DNA from: Patescibacteria group bacterium
GTDB lineage: Bacteria > Patescibacteriota > Minisyncoccia > UBA6257 > GWB1-50-10
DNA length: 64,000 nt
Assembly (NCBI GenBank): GCA_023474215.1
Contig: JAMCYI010000011.1
Coordinates: forward strand, 16,739-80,738
Reading direction: 5' to 3'
This document shows, one piece after another, positions 16,431 to 25,449 of this stretch. The notes below the pieces were generated by a model. It ran no database searches, had not been told where the DNA came from, and was given only the letters and a program-made list of their open reading frames with translations. How positions within the stretch are numbered: the first letter of the stretch is position 1; each line of letters begins with the position of its first letter. Both the position numbers and the translations under genes were made by a program.

Positions 16431-17842
16431 AACAAGAAGAGTAAAAGATAACCTGCTTTGATCGGCGCATCGCTTTGAACCAAAAGGCCGACTTCCGTAT
16501 CCGTAGAAGCTTCCGCGGCATCTTTCCGCCCTGATTGCAAATTCAAGATTTTCCCCTCGCCGAGTTTCCGCTTATCGCTCCATACCTCAAATGACTCCTG
16601 ATTCTTGACCGGCCCTAAAACGATCTTCCCTCCGACGACCTGTTCCTTGCCTTTTGCCGCACCGAACGTTTTCAAAATTTCGATCCTTCGCATTTCCCGC
16701 GGGGTCGATTTTTCGATGTATTCCTTGATGCTCTTTTCGAGTTCATACACGATCGGCGACTCGATGATATTCACCTTTTGCGTCTTTGCGAGATTTTCCG
16801 CCGACTTATCCGTCTTTGTCTTGAATCCAAGAACCAAAGCGTTGAAAGCGGCGGCATCCTTCACATCGTTTTCAGTGATGTTGCCGACTCCCTCTTGAAT
16901 GATCCTGACTGGAACCTGAAAATTCGTGTTTTGAATGATCGTTTTCAAGGCCTCAAGTGACGCCATTTCGTCGGACTTCAAAACGAGATTCAAATGTTCA
17001 CGGCTGTCTGATTCGACGGCTTCTTTTTCTTCGATCTTTTCCACTCCAGCGCTCTTGACCTCGAGATTGAACGACGCATGGAATTCTTCGCCGACGACCG
17101 GCATTTTTTCAAATCCAATAATGACAACTGGGGAACTCGGCGACGCCGACGGAACATTTTTCCCCAAAAAATCGTTGATTTGCCGCACCTTGCCGCTCGC
17201 ACTCTCCGCTTTGATGATTTGGCCGGTTTGGAGCGTCCCGTCCTTCAAAATGCCGCTTGCAACCACCCCTTTCCGGGGATCCTTCGTACTCCGAAGGATG
17301 ATGCCGGACGCATCATGCGACGGATCGTACTCCAAATCTTCCATTTCGGCCGCAAGAGCAATGAGATCAAGGAGCTCCGGAACGCCTTCGCCCGTCTTCG
17401 CCGATATTTCTTGCCACGAAACATTCCCGCCGTATCCTTCGAGCAGCACGCCCGCTTGCGCTAGATCCTTTTTTGTTTTCTCGATGTTGGCGTTCGATTT
17501 ATCGATCTTGTTCACGGCAACGACAAAGGGGGTTTTTGTGTTTAATGCGATTTGAATCGCTTCTTTCGTCTGCGGCTGAACGCCGTCATCCGCCGCAACG
17601 ATCAAGACCGCAATGTCCGCGACCCGCGCTCCATATTGCCGCATGTTCGAAAAAGCCTGATGGCCCGGCGTGTCGATGAACGTCATCTTCGTTCCCTTAT
17701 GTTCGATCTCGTAAGCACCGATCGATTGCGTAATGCCGCCGGCTTCCCGCGCAGCGAGGTTCGTTTTCCGAATATAATCAAGGAGCGTGGTTTTTCCGTG
17801 ATCCACGTGACCCATGATGACGATGATAGGAGGCCTCCTCAT
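16427..17842 (-). CDS. infB: Translation initiation factor IF-2 (short form lacking the N-terminal domain)
   Basis: RPPIIVIMGHVDHGKTTLLD, GGITQ, DTPGH and NKID motifs; ATG at 17842. Confidence 0.97.
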   Translation of the reverse strand: MRRPPIIVIMGHVDHGKTTLLDYIRKTNLAAREAGGITQSIGAYEIEHKGTKMTFIDTPGHQAFSNMRQYGARVADIAVLIVAADDGVQPQTKEAIQIALNTKTPFVVAVNKIDKSNANIEKTKKDLAQAGVLLEGYGGNVSWQEISAKTGEGVPELLDLIALAAEMEDLEYDPSHDASGIILRSTKDPRKGVVASGILKDGTLQTGQIIKAESASGKVRQINDFLGKNVPSASPSSPVVIIGFEKMPVVGEEFHASFNLEVKSAGVEKIEEKEAVESDSREHLNLVLKSDEMASLEALKTIIQNTNFQVPVRIIQEGVGNITENDVKDAAAFNALVLGFKTKTDKSAENLAKTQKVNIIESPIVYELEKSIKEYIEKSTPREMRRIEILKTFGAAKGKEQVVGGKIVLGPVKNQESFEVWSDKRKLGEGKILNLQSGRKDAAEASTDTEVGLLVQSDAPIKAGYLLLFLL

Positions 17843-17907
17843 AACACTGGTAAAATTACCAGATAAATGATATAAATACAAGCAGTTCGCGGATTTTTTC
17901 GGAGTGT

Positions 17908-17994
17908 GGAGGCGTGGCCGAGTGGCTTAAGGCAGCATCCTGCTAAGATGTTAGGGGAGCAATCCCCTCGAAGGTTCGAATCCTTCCGCCTCCG
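17908..17994 (+). tRNA. tRNA-Ser(GCT)
   Basis: GGAGGCG...CGCCTCC-G; anticodon loop CTGCTAA; long variable arm. Confidence 0.95.
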
Positions 17995-17996
17995 CA

Positions 17997-18136
17997 GGAG
18001 CGCATGCACGTGAACCGCTTCACGTGCATGAAGATTCGAACGCCGGAGCGTGTCCCGAGCTTGTCGAGGGACGCGAGGCGGTGCCCAGCCCGAGGCGCAA
18101 AGCCGAGAGGCGAGGGAGAATCCTTCCGCCTCCGCA
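17997..18136 (+). mobile_element. tRNA-3'-associated mini-element, copy at tRNA-Ser(GCT)
   Basis: 19-bp repeat GAATCCTTCCGCCTCCGCA at 17978-17996 and 18118-18136; hairpin 18003-18030; inverted T-loop 18033-18041; core 18042-18117. Confidence 0.85.
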
Positions 18137-18141
18137 TTGAT

Positions 18142-18213
18142 GGCCTTATCGTCTAACGGCTAGGACAACGCCCTTTCACGGCGTAAATCCGGGTTCGATT
18201 CCCGGTGAGGCTA
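18142..18213 (+). tRNA. tRNA-Glu(TTC)
   Basis: GGCCTTA...TGAGGCT-A; anticodon arm ACGCC-CTTTCAC-GGCGT. Confidence 0.95.
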
Positions 18214-18233
18214 CAAAAAGTTATAATTGACTT

Positions 18234-18713
18234 ATGGACGACGAAAAGAAAATAACGTGGGAGGCGCCGGAATTCGATTATGTCGAGAAGAGCGTCGGAT
18301 GGTATTTCATTTTCGGCGTTGTGTTCTTTGCCATGATCGTCTTCGGATGGTTCAGCCGCAATTTTTTCTTTATGATCTTCCTCTTGATCGCCGGCATTCT
18401 CGTTGTTGCATTGAGCAACCGGAAACCGGAAAAGGTGAAATTCATCCTCGGAGAGGAAGCGTGTACCATCGGAGCTTCAAAGACGCCCTACCGCTATTCC
18501 GAAATGAAGGGATTCGCCATTGTGGAACGCGAACACCGGAATAACCTTCTTGTTTTCCGGCGAAACGTCGCGGTGAACCAATATTTGAAATTGCCGCTCG
18601 AGAAGGGTATAACAAGCGAGGTACGCAGCTTCTTAAAAGAGAAGCTCGCCGAAGGAAGTTACGAAGAAGGCCTCTTGGACGTTCTCATCGATCGAGTAGG
18701 TCTGGGGTCATAA
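18234..18713 (+). CDS. Conserved hypothetical membrane protein (2 TM + soluble domain)
   Basis: ITWEAPEF...KSVGWY N-terminus, two TM helices; TATAAT 6 nt before ATG. Confidence 0.75.
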   Translation: MDDEKKITWEAPEFDYVEKSVGWYFIFGVVFFAMIVFGWFSRNFFFMIFLLIAGILVVALSNRKPEKVKFILGEEACTIGASKTPYRYSEMKGFAIVEREHRNNLLVFRRNVAVNQYLKLPLEKGITSEVRSFLKEKLAEGSYEEGLLDVLIDRVGLGS

Positions 18714-18716
18714 TTT

Positions 18717-18788
18717 GCCCTCGTCGTCCAACGGACAGGACGCGAGATTGCGGATCTCGAAATAGAGGTTCGATTCCTCTCGAGGGCA
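18717..18788 (+). tRNA. tRNA-Arg(GCG)
   Basis: GCCCTCG...CGAGGGC-A; anticodon arm CGAGA-TTGCGGA-TCTCG. Confidence 0.93.
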
Positions 18789-18791
18789 CAA

Positions 18792-18938
18792 TAAAGTAAA
18801 TTGAGAAGCGCGCAAACTGCTTTGCGCGCGTTTGGAATCGAACGCCGGAGCATGTCCCGACCTCGCCGAGGGACGCGAGGCGGTGCCCAGCCCGAGGCGC
18901 GAGCCGAGAGGCGAGGGAGATTCCTCTCGAGGGCACAA
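18792..18938 (+). mobile_element. tRNA-3'-associated mini-element, copy at tRNA-Arg(GCG)
   Basis: 20-bp repeat GATTCCTCTCGAGGGCACAA at 18772-18791 and 18919-18938; hairpin 18808-18829; inverted T-loop 18834-18843; core 18844-18918. Confidence 0.85.
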
Positions 18939-18974
18939 AAATCCCGCCGGTCCATTGACCGGCGGGATCTTTTT
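18937..18974. terminator. Bidirectional intrinsic terminator
   Basis: ATCCCGCCGGTC-CATT-GACCGGCGGGAT stem flanked by A and T runs between convergent units. Confidence 0.8.
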
Positions 18975-18995
18975 GTATTCGCTGTTTTTTCTATC

Positions 18996-19403
18996 CTATT
19001 GTCCTTGCCCGAATGTTTGCGGTCCGCCTGACGTTTGGCGCAACTGGATCGAATTTGCAGTCACGCTGCCATCCGCATTCGGCGTGCCGACCACAACGAC
19101 TCCCTCGCCCGCGGTAAGATCGGACGACGAAGCCGCAACCGATTTCATGATCGGCGTCGATGTCGAATAGAAGACAATTTCCGACCCTCCGTTCGGAAGC
19201 GACACAGTAATGCTGTTCGTCGCGACCTCACTCACGGTCCCCACAACACCCGATCCGTTTTGGCCGTTCCTTGTGAACTGCCGCGTGCCGTTCGAAGACA
19301 ACGTTTTGTTGCCGGCCGATCCGCCGCGGATCAAGATGCCGAGACCGAGACCGACGACCAGACAAATGACGCCGACAATGATGGCTGTTTTATTTTTTTG
19401 CAT
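18996..19403 (-). CDS. DUF5666-like membrane-anchored protein
   Basis: TM helix; VGTVSEV...[28 protein letters not shown]. Confidence 0.7.
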   Translation of the reverse strand: MQKNKTAIIVGVICLVVGLGLGILIRGGSAGNKTLSSNGTRQFTRNGQNGSGVVGTVSEVATNSITVSLPNGGSEIVFYSTSTPIMKSVAASSSDLTAGEGVVVVGTPNADGSVTANSIQLRQTSGGPQTFGQGQ

Positions 19404-19434
19404 AGTCTCTTGTTATCATTCTGCGACCTTTTCC

Positions 19435-20658
19435 CTATTCATATCGCAGCGCTTCGATTGGATTCAACTGCGAGGCCCTGCGGGCTGGATAGTAGCCAAA
19501 GAGAATGCCGATGCCTGCCGAAACGCCGAATGCGAGAATGATCGAGAAAAGCGAGACTTGTGTCGTAATGCCGGCGAGAAGAGAGAGGAGAAGCGCAAGG
19601 ATCCATCCGAGAAGGATGCCGACAAACCCCCCGGAGAACGTGATGGCCACGGATTCGACGAGAAACTGATAAATAATGTCCTTCCGCTGGGCGCCGATCG
19701 CTTTCCGAAGGCCGATTTCCCGCGTCCGTTCGGTGACCGTCGTCAGCATCATATTCATGATGCCGATGCCGCCGACAAGGAGCGAGATGCCGGCAATCGA
19801 CGCAAGAAGCATGGTAAACGTGTTTGTGATGGTCGATGCCGTTGCGACGATCTGCGCTTGGTTATAGACGCTGAAGTCCGCCAAGGCTGGGTTTGAAATT
19901 TTGTGCCGCTGGAGCAAGAGATTCGTGATGCCCTGCTGCACGGCATCCATAACTTGGGAGTTCGCCGCCTCGACGCTCACCTGGCTGATGTACGTATCTC
20001 CCGCAAGATATTGCTGGGCGGTCGTCAAAGGTACATACACCATGTCGTCGGGACTGTTGAATCCGCTGCCTCCTTGCGAAACCGTGATGCCGATGATGCG
20101 GAACGGCACCTCGTTGATCTTGATGCTTTTTCCGACGGGATCCGTTCCCGTGGCAAAAAGGTCGCTCTCGACGGTCGGTCCAATGACCGCAACGCGCTCG
20201 AAGGATTGAAGATTGGCGTTCGAAATGAACGACCCTTCGGCAATCTGGACATTCCTTACGTTTGCGTAATCCGGCGTGGTTCCGACGATCTGCGTGTTGG
20301 TGTTGGTTCCTGGCGCGGTTATTTGAAATCTCAAGTTAAGGGCCGGTGCAACGGCCGCGACCGAGGGCACTTGAGAAGCGATCGCGTCCGCATCGGCCTG
20401 TGTCAGAGTTTGTGCGCTCCCCCGCCCGCCTGACACTTGGATGCCGACGCCTTTTTGAGTGCCCGGCACGACAAAGAGCAAATTGGAGCCAGCCGACTGG
20501 ATGCTCGCTTGGATACTCGCCTGAGTGCCCTCACCGATCGCGATCATTGCGATGACCGATGCGATGCCGATCACGATGCCAAGCATCGTGAGAAACGTCC
20601 GCGCTTTATTCGCGGTCAGGGCCCAATAGGTTTCTTCCAAAAGATCAATGGTTTTCAT
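19435..20658 (-). CDS. MacB/FtsX-family ABC transporter permease
   Basis: RTFLTMLGIVIGI, VGGIGIMNMML.TVTERTREIGLRKAIGA and PIEALRYE. Confidence 0.95.
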   Translation of the reverse strand: MKTIDLLEETYWALTANKARTFLTMLGIVIGIASVIAMIAIGEGTQASIQASIQSAGSNLLFVVPGTQKGVGIQVSGGRGSAQTLTQADADAIASQVPSVAAVAPALNLRFQITAPGTNTNTQIVGTTPDYANVRNVQIAEGSFISNANLQSFERVAVIGPTVESDLFATGTDPVGKSIKINEVPFRIIGITVSQGGSGFNSPDDMVYVPLTTAQQYLAGDTYISQVSVEAANSQVMDAVQQGITNLLLQRHKISNPALADFSVYNQAQIVATASTITNTFTMLLASIAGISLLVGGIGIMNMMLTTVTERTREIGLRKAIGAQRKDIIYQFLVESVAITFSGGFVGILLGWILALLLSLLAGITTQVSLFSIILAFGVSAGIGILFGYYPARRASQLNPIEALRYE

Positions 20659-21340
20659 GGCGTTTGACTAATTCATCGCTCAATATTTTTCCATCCTTGA
20701 TATGAATGATGCGCTTCGCGTGCATTGCGACGTCGGGTTCGTGCGTAATAAGGACGATCGTCCTCCCCTCGTCGTTCAATTTCTTGAATGTACCGAGGAC
20801 GATCTCGCCGGTCTGCGTGTCGAGATTGCCGGTCGGCTCGTCCGCAAGCACGATGGTTGGGTTATTCACGAGAGCGCGCGCGATCGCAACGCGCTGCATT
20901 TGGCCGCCGGACAATTGGTTCGACCGGTATGAGAAATGCGCTTCATCAAGGCCTGCGGCGAGGATCGCCCGTTCTGCGCGCTTGTTCCGCTCTTCTTTCG
21001 GTACGCCGGCATAAATGAGCGGAAGGGAAACGTTCCGGACGACGGTCGCGCGCGGCAGGAGGTTGAACGCCTGAAAAACGAAACCGATGCGCTCCTTTCG
21101 GATATTCGCAAGTTCTTCTTCGGAGAAGGATGAGATATCTTTGCCGTCCAAAAGATACTGCCCTGCCGTCGGCGTATCGAGCGCTCCCAAGATATGCATC
21201 AAGGTCGACTTGCCGGACCCCGAAGGCCCCATGATCGCGACATACTCGCCATCTTTGATGGTGAAAGAGACACCCTTCAAAGCGTAGGTCGAAATGTCGC
21301 CATTGCTGTAGACCTTCGTAATGTCGCGGCATTCTATCAT
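20645..21340 (-). CDS. ABC transporter ATP-binding protein (MacB/LolD-like)
   Basis: [24 protein letters not shown] and DEPTGNLD. Confidence 0.97.
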   Translation of the reverse strand: MIECRDITKVYSNGDISTYALKGVSFTIKDGEYVAIMGPSGSGKSTLMHILGALDTPTAGQYLLDGKDISSFSEEELANIRKERIGFVFQAFNLLPRATVVRNVSLPLIYAGVPKEERNKRAERAILAAGLDEAHFSYRSNQLSGGQMQRVAIARALVNNPTIVLADEPTGNLDTQTGEIVLGTFKKLNDEGRTIVLITHEPDVAMHAKRIIHIKDGKILSDELVKRHENH

Positions 21341-21345
21341 ATTGA

Positions 21346-23055
21346 TTATCCGCCGATGCGGAATATACCGCCGCCGGGGCCGCCGAACCGTCCCGCACCT
21401 CCCGCTTGAGTCGCCGAGACGGTGCTTGCAGAAGAACTGTTGGTTTGCGTTACGACGATGTCCCCCTCCGAAAGTCCATTTGTCACTTCGGTGTTTGAAT
21501 CATCAGCCGCACCAGTTTGCACGACCGTTTCTTTCGGGGCAGCCGAAGAAACAACGAGAGAGCTTTCCGCAGCGGCCGGCGTTATCGTCGACTTGTCGAG
21601 CGTTTCCACATAACTTATGGAGCCTTGCGACTTCACTGCGGCATTGGGGACGACGAGGACGTTTTGATGGACGCCGGTCACGATATTCGCCGTCACGCTC
21701 ATGCCGGCGCGAATGGAAGGATCCTGCGTTTCAAGCGATATTTTTACGTTGTAATTCACGACGCCTTGCGTGACGGTTCCCACGTTGTCGATCTCCGCGA
21801 CTTTCCCGACGACAGTGAGATCGGGCAATGCATCGAACGTCACGGTCGCAAGGTCGCCGATCTTAATGTTCGCCACATCGGCTTCATTCAGCGTCACTTC
21901 GGCGATCTTTTGATTTGCGACGATCGTCCCGATCTCCGTGGAACCGGTGGTTCCCGCGACCGTCGATCCGGTGATGAGGTCGCCGACTTGAATGTTCAAG
22001 ATAGCGACCTCACCGGAAAAGGGCGCCGTAATGATGTTGTTGTTGTAATTGGTTTGGGCATTCTGCACCGACGCTTCCGCATTCAAAACGGAGGCTTGAG
22101 CCGCTTTGATGTCGGCATCCGTTGGCGGCGCCGTCAGTTGCGCAAGCGAGTTTTCCGCCGACGCGAGCGAATTTTTGCCGCTTTGAATGCTTTGCATGTC
22201 AGAAATGACGGTCGAAATGTTCCCTTCGACGCTCGTGACGGCAGATGCAACGCTCGACCGATCGGATGCGATGGTCGTTGCACTGAACGAAGGAGAAGCA
22301 ATCGCATTCACGAGCGAATTTTCCAAATCGAGGAAAAATGTTTTGATCGCCGAGAGATGGTTCAGCGACGCTTGGGCTTCCGCATCGAATGCACTCGAGG
22401 TCGCCGTCGGACTGAGCGCCTGGAGTTCGCTCTGCCATGCGGCAAGGTCGCTGTTCACCGCAGCCCGGTCGTTTTGGGCGTTGATCTGGGACTGCATGTC
22501 GTTCGTCGAGTAAATGAGCGTTGGAAGGGATGTGTTGGGATTGTTGAAAAGGCTGTCCGTCGTATTGTGAACAGAGCTCCAAACGGTCGTATACACGGAG
22601 TTCAAGTCGTTATACAAGCTTACGTATTCGTGGTTCAGCGAGTTTTCCGCCGAATCGACGGAAAGCTGCGACGCCTGAACCTGCAAACTGGTCGGTCCTG
22701 CAATGAGTTTTTCATAGTTCGCCTCTGCGCTTGCAAGAGCTGCCTTTGCTTGGCCAACGGAAGACGACGCTGCCGATTCGTCGAGAACGGCGATCACTTG
22801 TCCGGCTTTTACATAATCCCCTTGCTTGACCTCGACGGCCGTCACTTTTCCGGACGCCAAGGGCGTGATATTCACCTGATTCTCCCCCGAAACCTGCCCC
22901 GTACCGCTCACATATGAAACGATGGTTCCCCGCGAGGCCGTCGCGATCGCGTACGTCGTGACGGTGCTCTTCTTCAAGAACAAGAAGTAACCGGCGACTA
23001 AAACGACGACAATGACGACTGCAAGAGCCCACTTCTTTTTGAAAATTTTCAACAT
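21346..23055 (-). CDS. Efflux membrane-fusion (MacA/HlyD-like) protein with long coiled-coil insertion
   Basis: TM anchor; lipoyl halves (GKVTAVEVKQGDYVKAGQ; ITAPFSGEV); GMSVTANI. Confidence 0.9.
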   Translation of the reverse strand: MLKIFKKKWALAVVIVVVLVAGYFLFLKKSTVTTYAIATASRGTIVSYVSGTGQVSGENQVNITPLASGKVTAVEVKQGDYVKAGQVIAVLDESAASSSVGQAKAALASAEANYEKLIAGPTSLQVQASQLSVDSAENSLNHEYVSLYNDLNSVYTTVWSSVHNTTDSLFNNPNTSLPTLIYSTNDMQSQINAQNDRAAVNSDLAAWQSELQALSPTATSSAFDAEAQASLNHLSAIKTFFLDLENSLVNAIASPSFSATTIASDRSSVASAVTSVEGNISTVISDMQSIQSGKNSLASAENSLAQLTAPPTDADIKAAQASVLNAEASVQNAQTNYNNNIITAPFSGEVAILNIQVGDLITGSTVAGTTGSTEIGTIVANQKIAEVTLNEADVANIKIGDLATVTFDALPDLTVVGKVAEIDNVGTVTQGVVNYNVKISLETQDPSIRAGMSVTANIVTGVHQNVLVVPNAAVKSQGSISYVETLDKSTITPAAAESSLVVSSAAPKETVVQTGAADDSNTEVTNGLSEGDIVVTQTNSSSASTVSATQAGGAGRFGGPGGGIFRIGG

Positions 23056-23062
23056 TTTATTT

Positions 23063-23575
23063 TTATTGACTGGTCCCCGTTGCGCGATAGAGCATCACGG
23101 GACCGCTTCCACCGGACGGCAACGTCGCGTCTGTCGGAAAGATCCGGATAAGTTTCGCTTCGATCTCGCCCGTCGAACTCGGCTCGCCGATCACGACCAG
23201 CGGGTCTCCCACGTGGATATCTCCGATGGCGGCATTCGACGCACCGGCCCGGATTACGGTACTCGTATCGACGGCGATGGTTTTTTCGTTATTGTCGTTC
23301 GATTTGATGACGATCGTGCTCGATCCGACGGAAATCACCGTTCCGGCATTCCCGAAAGCACTCCGCAAACCGCTTCCCCCGCCGGACGAAACGAAGAAGC
23401 CCGGTCTCGGCTCACCGAAGAAGCGCCCGTAATTTCTTCCCCAATTCTCATTGAAATTCGCCTTTCGGATCCCCATAACGACGCCGAATCGGAAAACCAA
23501 AAGAAGGAGGATGATCTCGAGAATCCCTCCGACAACGACCCAAAACCACTTCATTTTAAGAATGTCGTGATGCAT
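23063..23575 (-). CDS. DUF5666-like membrane-anchored protein
   Basis: TM helix; GTVISV...DIHVGDPLVVIGEPSSTGEIEAKLIRIF. Confidence 0.7.
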   Translation of the reverse strand: MHHDILKMKWFWVVVGGILEIILLLLVFRFGVVMGIRKANFNENWGRNYGRFFGEPRPGFFVSSGGGSGLRSAFGNAGTVISVGSSTIVIKSNDNNEKTIAVDTSTVIRAGASNAAIGDIHVGDPLVVIGEPSSTGEIEAKLIRIFPTDATLPSGGSGPVMLYRATGTSQ

Positions 23576-23987
23576 ACGTTAATTTTGTCTTGACGGCCTT
23601 CTTGAAATTTTTGATTGCAAAAATCAAAGAAATGAAAAGGACGAGCGCAAGGGCAAGAAAACCGATGACGGGGAGGATGGGAAGCGATTCCGCGAGAGAC
23701 GCAAAATAATCGCCGAAATTTGCTATGACGGTCCCGAAATCCGAAAAGAGAAGTGGAAAGATCTGCGATGTTCCCGCCGTTGAAAATGCCGCCCCTGCCG
23801 ACTGGATCACAAAGTAAAGCCCCGCAATCGATCCGGCCGCAAAGATGCCGAAAATCGTCGCTTTTCTTTCCGCAAGCTGCTTTCTCTTCTTTTCCAAAGC
23901 AAAAATGATCCGATCGGCAAGGCCGGAAACGGTCCGATAATCCAAATCAGAGAGTATTTTCCCCAAGCGATCGGTATACCTTTCCAT
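23556..23987 (-). CDS. Membrane protein, probable anti-sigma factor
   Basis: Immediately downstream of the ECF sigma; short soluble N-terminus plus TM helices. Confidence 0.55.
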   Translation of the reverse strand: MERYTDRLGKILSDLDYRTVSGLADRIIFALEKKRKQLAERKATIFGIFAAGSIAGLYFVIQSAGAAFSTAGTSQIFPLLFSDFGTVIANFGDYFASLAESLPILPVIGFLALALVLFISLIFAIKNFKKAVKTKLTYASRHS

Positions 23988-23997
23988 CAAAGATGGA

Positions 23998-24024
23998 TAC
24001 GAGAAACCCTAAGGTTTCGGTGCA
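23998..24024 (-). promoter_or_regulatory. Candidate ECF-sigma promoter (TGCACC-N17-CGTA)
   Basis: Resembles the SigW-type TGAAAC-N16/17-CGTA; overlaps the sigma gene 3' end, about 10 nt before the next ATG. Confidence 0.4.
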
Positions 24025-24578
24025 TCCCCTGCCTCCAGTTTCTTTTTGAGCTCCTGGAGAGCCCTTCGATGTCTGCTCCGCACCGTGTTTTCGGAGATAC
24101 CCGTCGCTTCGGCGATCTCCCGGAAATTCATTTGATTCTCATAGTAGAGCACGAGGACCGACCGGTACGCCGGCGAAAGTTCTTCGAGCATCTTCCCAAT
24201 CATTATTTTCACCTCCTTCCGTTCCAGAACCTCGCTCGGGCTTTCGTTGTCATCCTCGACATTCTCCACGATGCTTTCGTTGTCTTCGGCCTCGATATCT
24301 GAGAATTTGAGTTCTCTTCGTTTCCGGAGATGGTCGATAATGGCATTCCGCGCGATTTGGAAAATCCACACCTTGAATTTCCGTTTCGTATCGAATTTCG
24401 TGAGGTTCTTCCAAACGCGGAAGAAAACATCCTGCGTCAGATCTTCCGCTTTTCCTTCGTCTTTGATGTATTGATGGATGAAGTTGAAAATATGGTCGGC
24501 ATACCGCTTGACGAGCACATCGAAAAGATGCTCCTCTCCCTGAAGGCAGAGTTCCACCAATTTTTCATCCGACCCCAT
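24009..24578 (-). CDS. ECF-family RNA polymerase sigma-70 factor
   Basis: SDEKLV, AEDLTQDVF, FKVWIFQIARN and region-4 HTH FREIAEATGISENTVRSR; ATG at 24578. Confidence 0.93.
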   Translation of the reverse strand: MGSDEKLVELCLQGEEHLFDVLVKRYADHIFNFIHQYIKDEGKAEDLTQDVFFRVWKNLTKFDTKRKFKVWIFQIARNAIIDHLRKRRELKFSDIEAEDNESIVENVEDDNESPSEVLERKEVKIMIGKMLEELSPAYRSVLVLYYENQMNFREIAEATGISENTVRSRHRRALQELKKKLEAGDAPKP

Positions 24579-24586
24579 GGAGGAGA

Positions 24587-25447
24587 TTATCGCACGAACC
24601 GGAGATAAATGCCCGACGGAACGATCCGGTCGGATGTTCTTTCGCGAATCGCGATCTCGCCGAATTCTGCGTTCTTCGCTTCGGGAAATGATCCTCCGAC
24701 TGCTTGGAGGAACGACTGCGGCGAGTACCCGGCAGCATACCCATTCAAAAGAAAAAATGATCCTGGCTTCTTCGCGAGAAGTTTCGCAAGAACACCGAGA
24801 AGTTTTTGAATATCCTCTTCGATGCGCCACACTTCATTTTCCGGCCCGCGGCCGAATGCCGGCGGATCAAGAACGATTCCTTCATAAACGTGGCTGCGCC
24901 TCACTTCCCGCTCGGCGAATCTCAAGGCATCATCGAGAAGGACCCGCATCGCGCCCTCCGGGACATCGGAAAGCTTTGCGTTTTCCTTCGCCCACAAATT
25001 GCTCTGTTTCGACGCGTCGATGTGCGTGACCGTCGCGCCGTTTTTTGCCGCAACGATCGATGCGATCCCCGTGTACCCGAAGAGATTCAAGACCTGCGGC
25101 TCTTTGAGCGCGGCGACGCGCGCGGCAAGCCATTCCCAGTTCACCGATTGTTCGGGGAAAATTCCCGTGTGCTTGAAGGACGTCAAGCGCGCCGTGAAGC
25201 GAACATCGCCCCATGACATTTCCCACGATTCGGGAACGCCTTTGTTCTTCCACGCTCCTTTCCCGCCATTCCAGGCAAATTCCGCTTGCGCTTCCTTCCA
25301 TTCCGCGGGCCGGCTTGGTTTCCAGATCGCCTGCGTTTCCGGCCGTATCACGATATATTTGCCGTACCGCTCGAGTTTTTTATTGTCTCCCGAATCGATG
25401 AGCTCGTAATCACTCCACGGTTCCGCCATAAGATCAACATTTTTCAT
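24587..25447 (-). CDS. Class I SAM-dependent rRNA methyltransferase (RlmI/YwbD-like)
   Basis: DYELIDSG..KLERYG, HTGIFPEQ, VLNLFGYTG and DPPAFGRG. Confidence 0.9.
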   Translation of the reverse strand: MKNVDLMAEPWSDYELIDSGDNKKLERYGKYIVIRPETQAIWKPSRPAEWKEAQAEFAWNGGKGAWKNKGVPESWEMSWGDVRFTARLTSFKHTGIFPEQSVNWEWLAARVAALKEPQVLNLFGYTGIASIVAAKNGATVTHIDASKQSNLWAKENAKLSDVPEGAMRVLLDDALRFAEREVRRSHVYEGIVLDPPAFGRGPENEVWRIEEDIQKLLGVLAKLLAKKPGSFFLLNGYAAGYSPQSFLQAVGGSFPEAKNAEFGEIAIRERTSDRIVPSGIYLRFVR

Positions 25448-25449
25448 AA

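Noticed and set aside
14632-18938. CRISPR array interpretation of the recurring repeats
   Set aside because: The repeats are pairs tied to tRNA 3' ends and dispersed copies, not regularly spaced repeat-spacer units, and no cas genes are present.
14534-18955. Small ORFs overlapping tRNAs and mini-elements (e.g. 14534..14773, 17943..18137, 18659..18955)
   Set aside because: Their similarity to each other comes from the non-coding repeat and tRNA sequence, and there is no coding signature.
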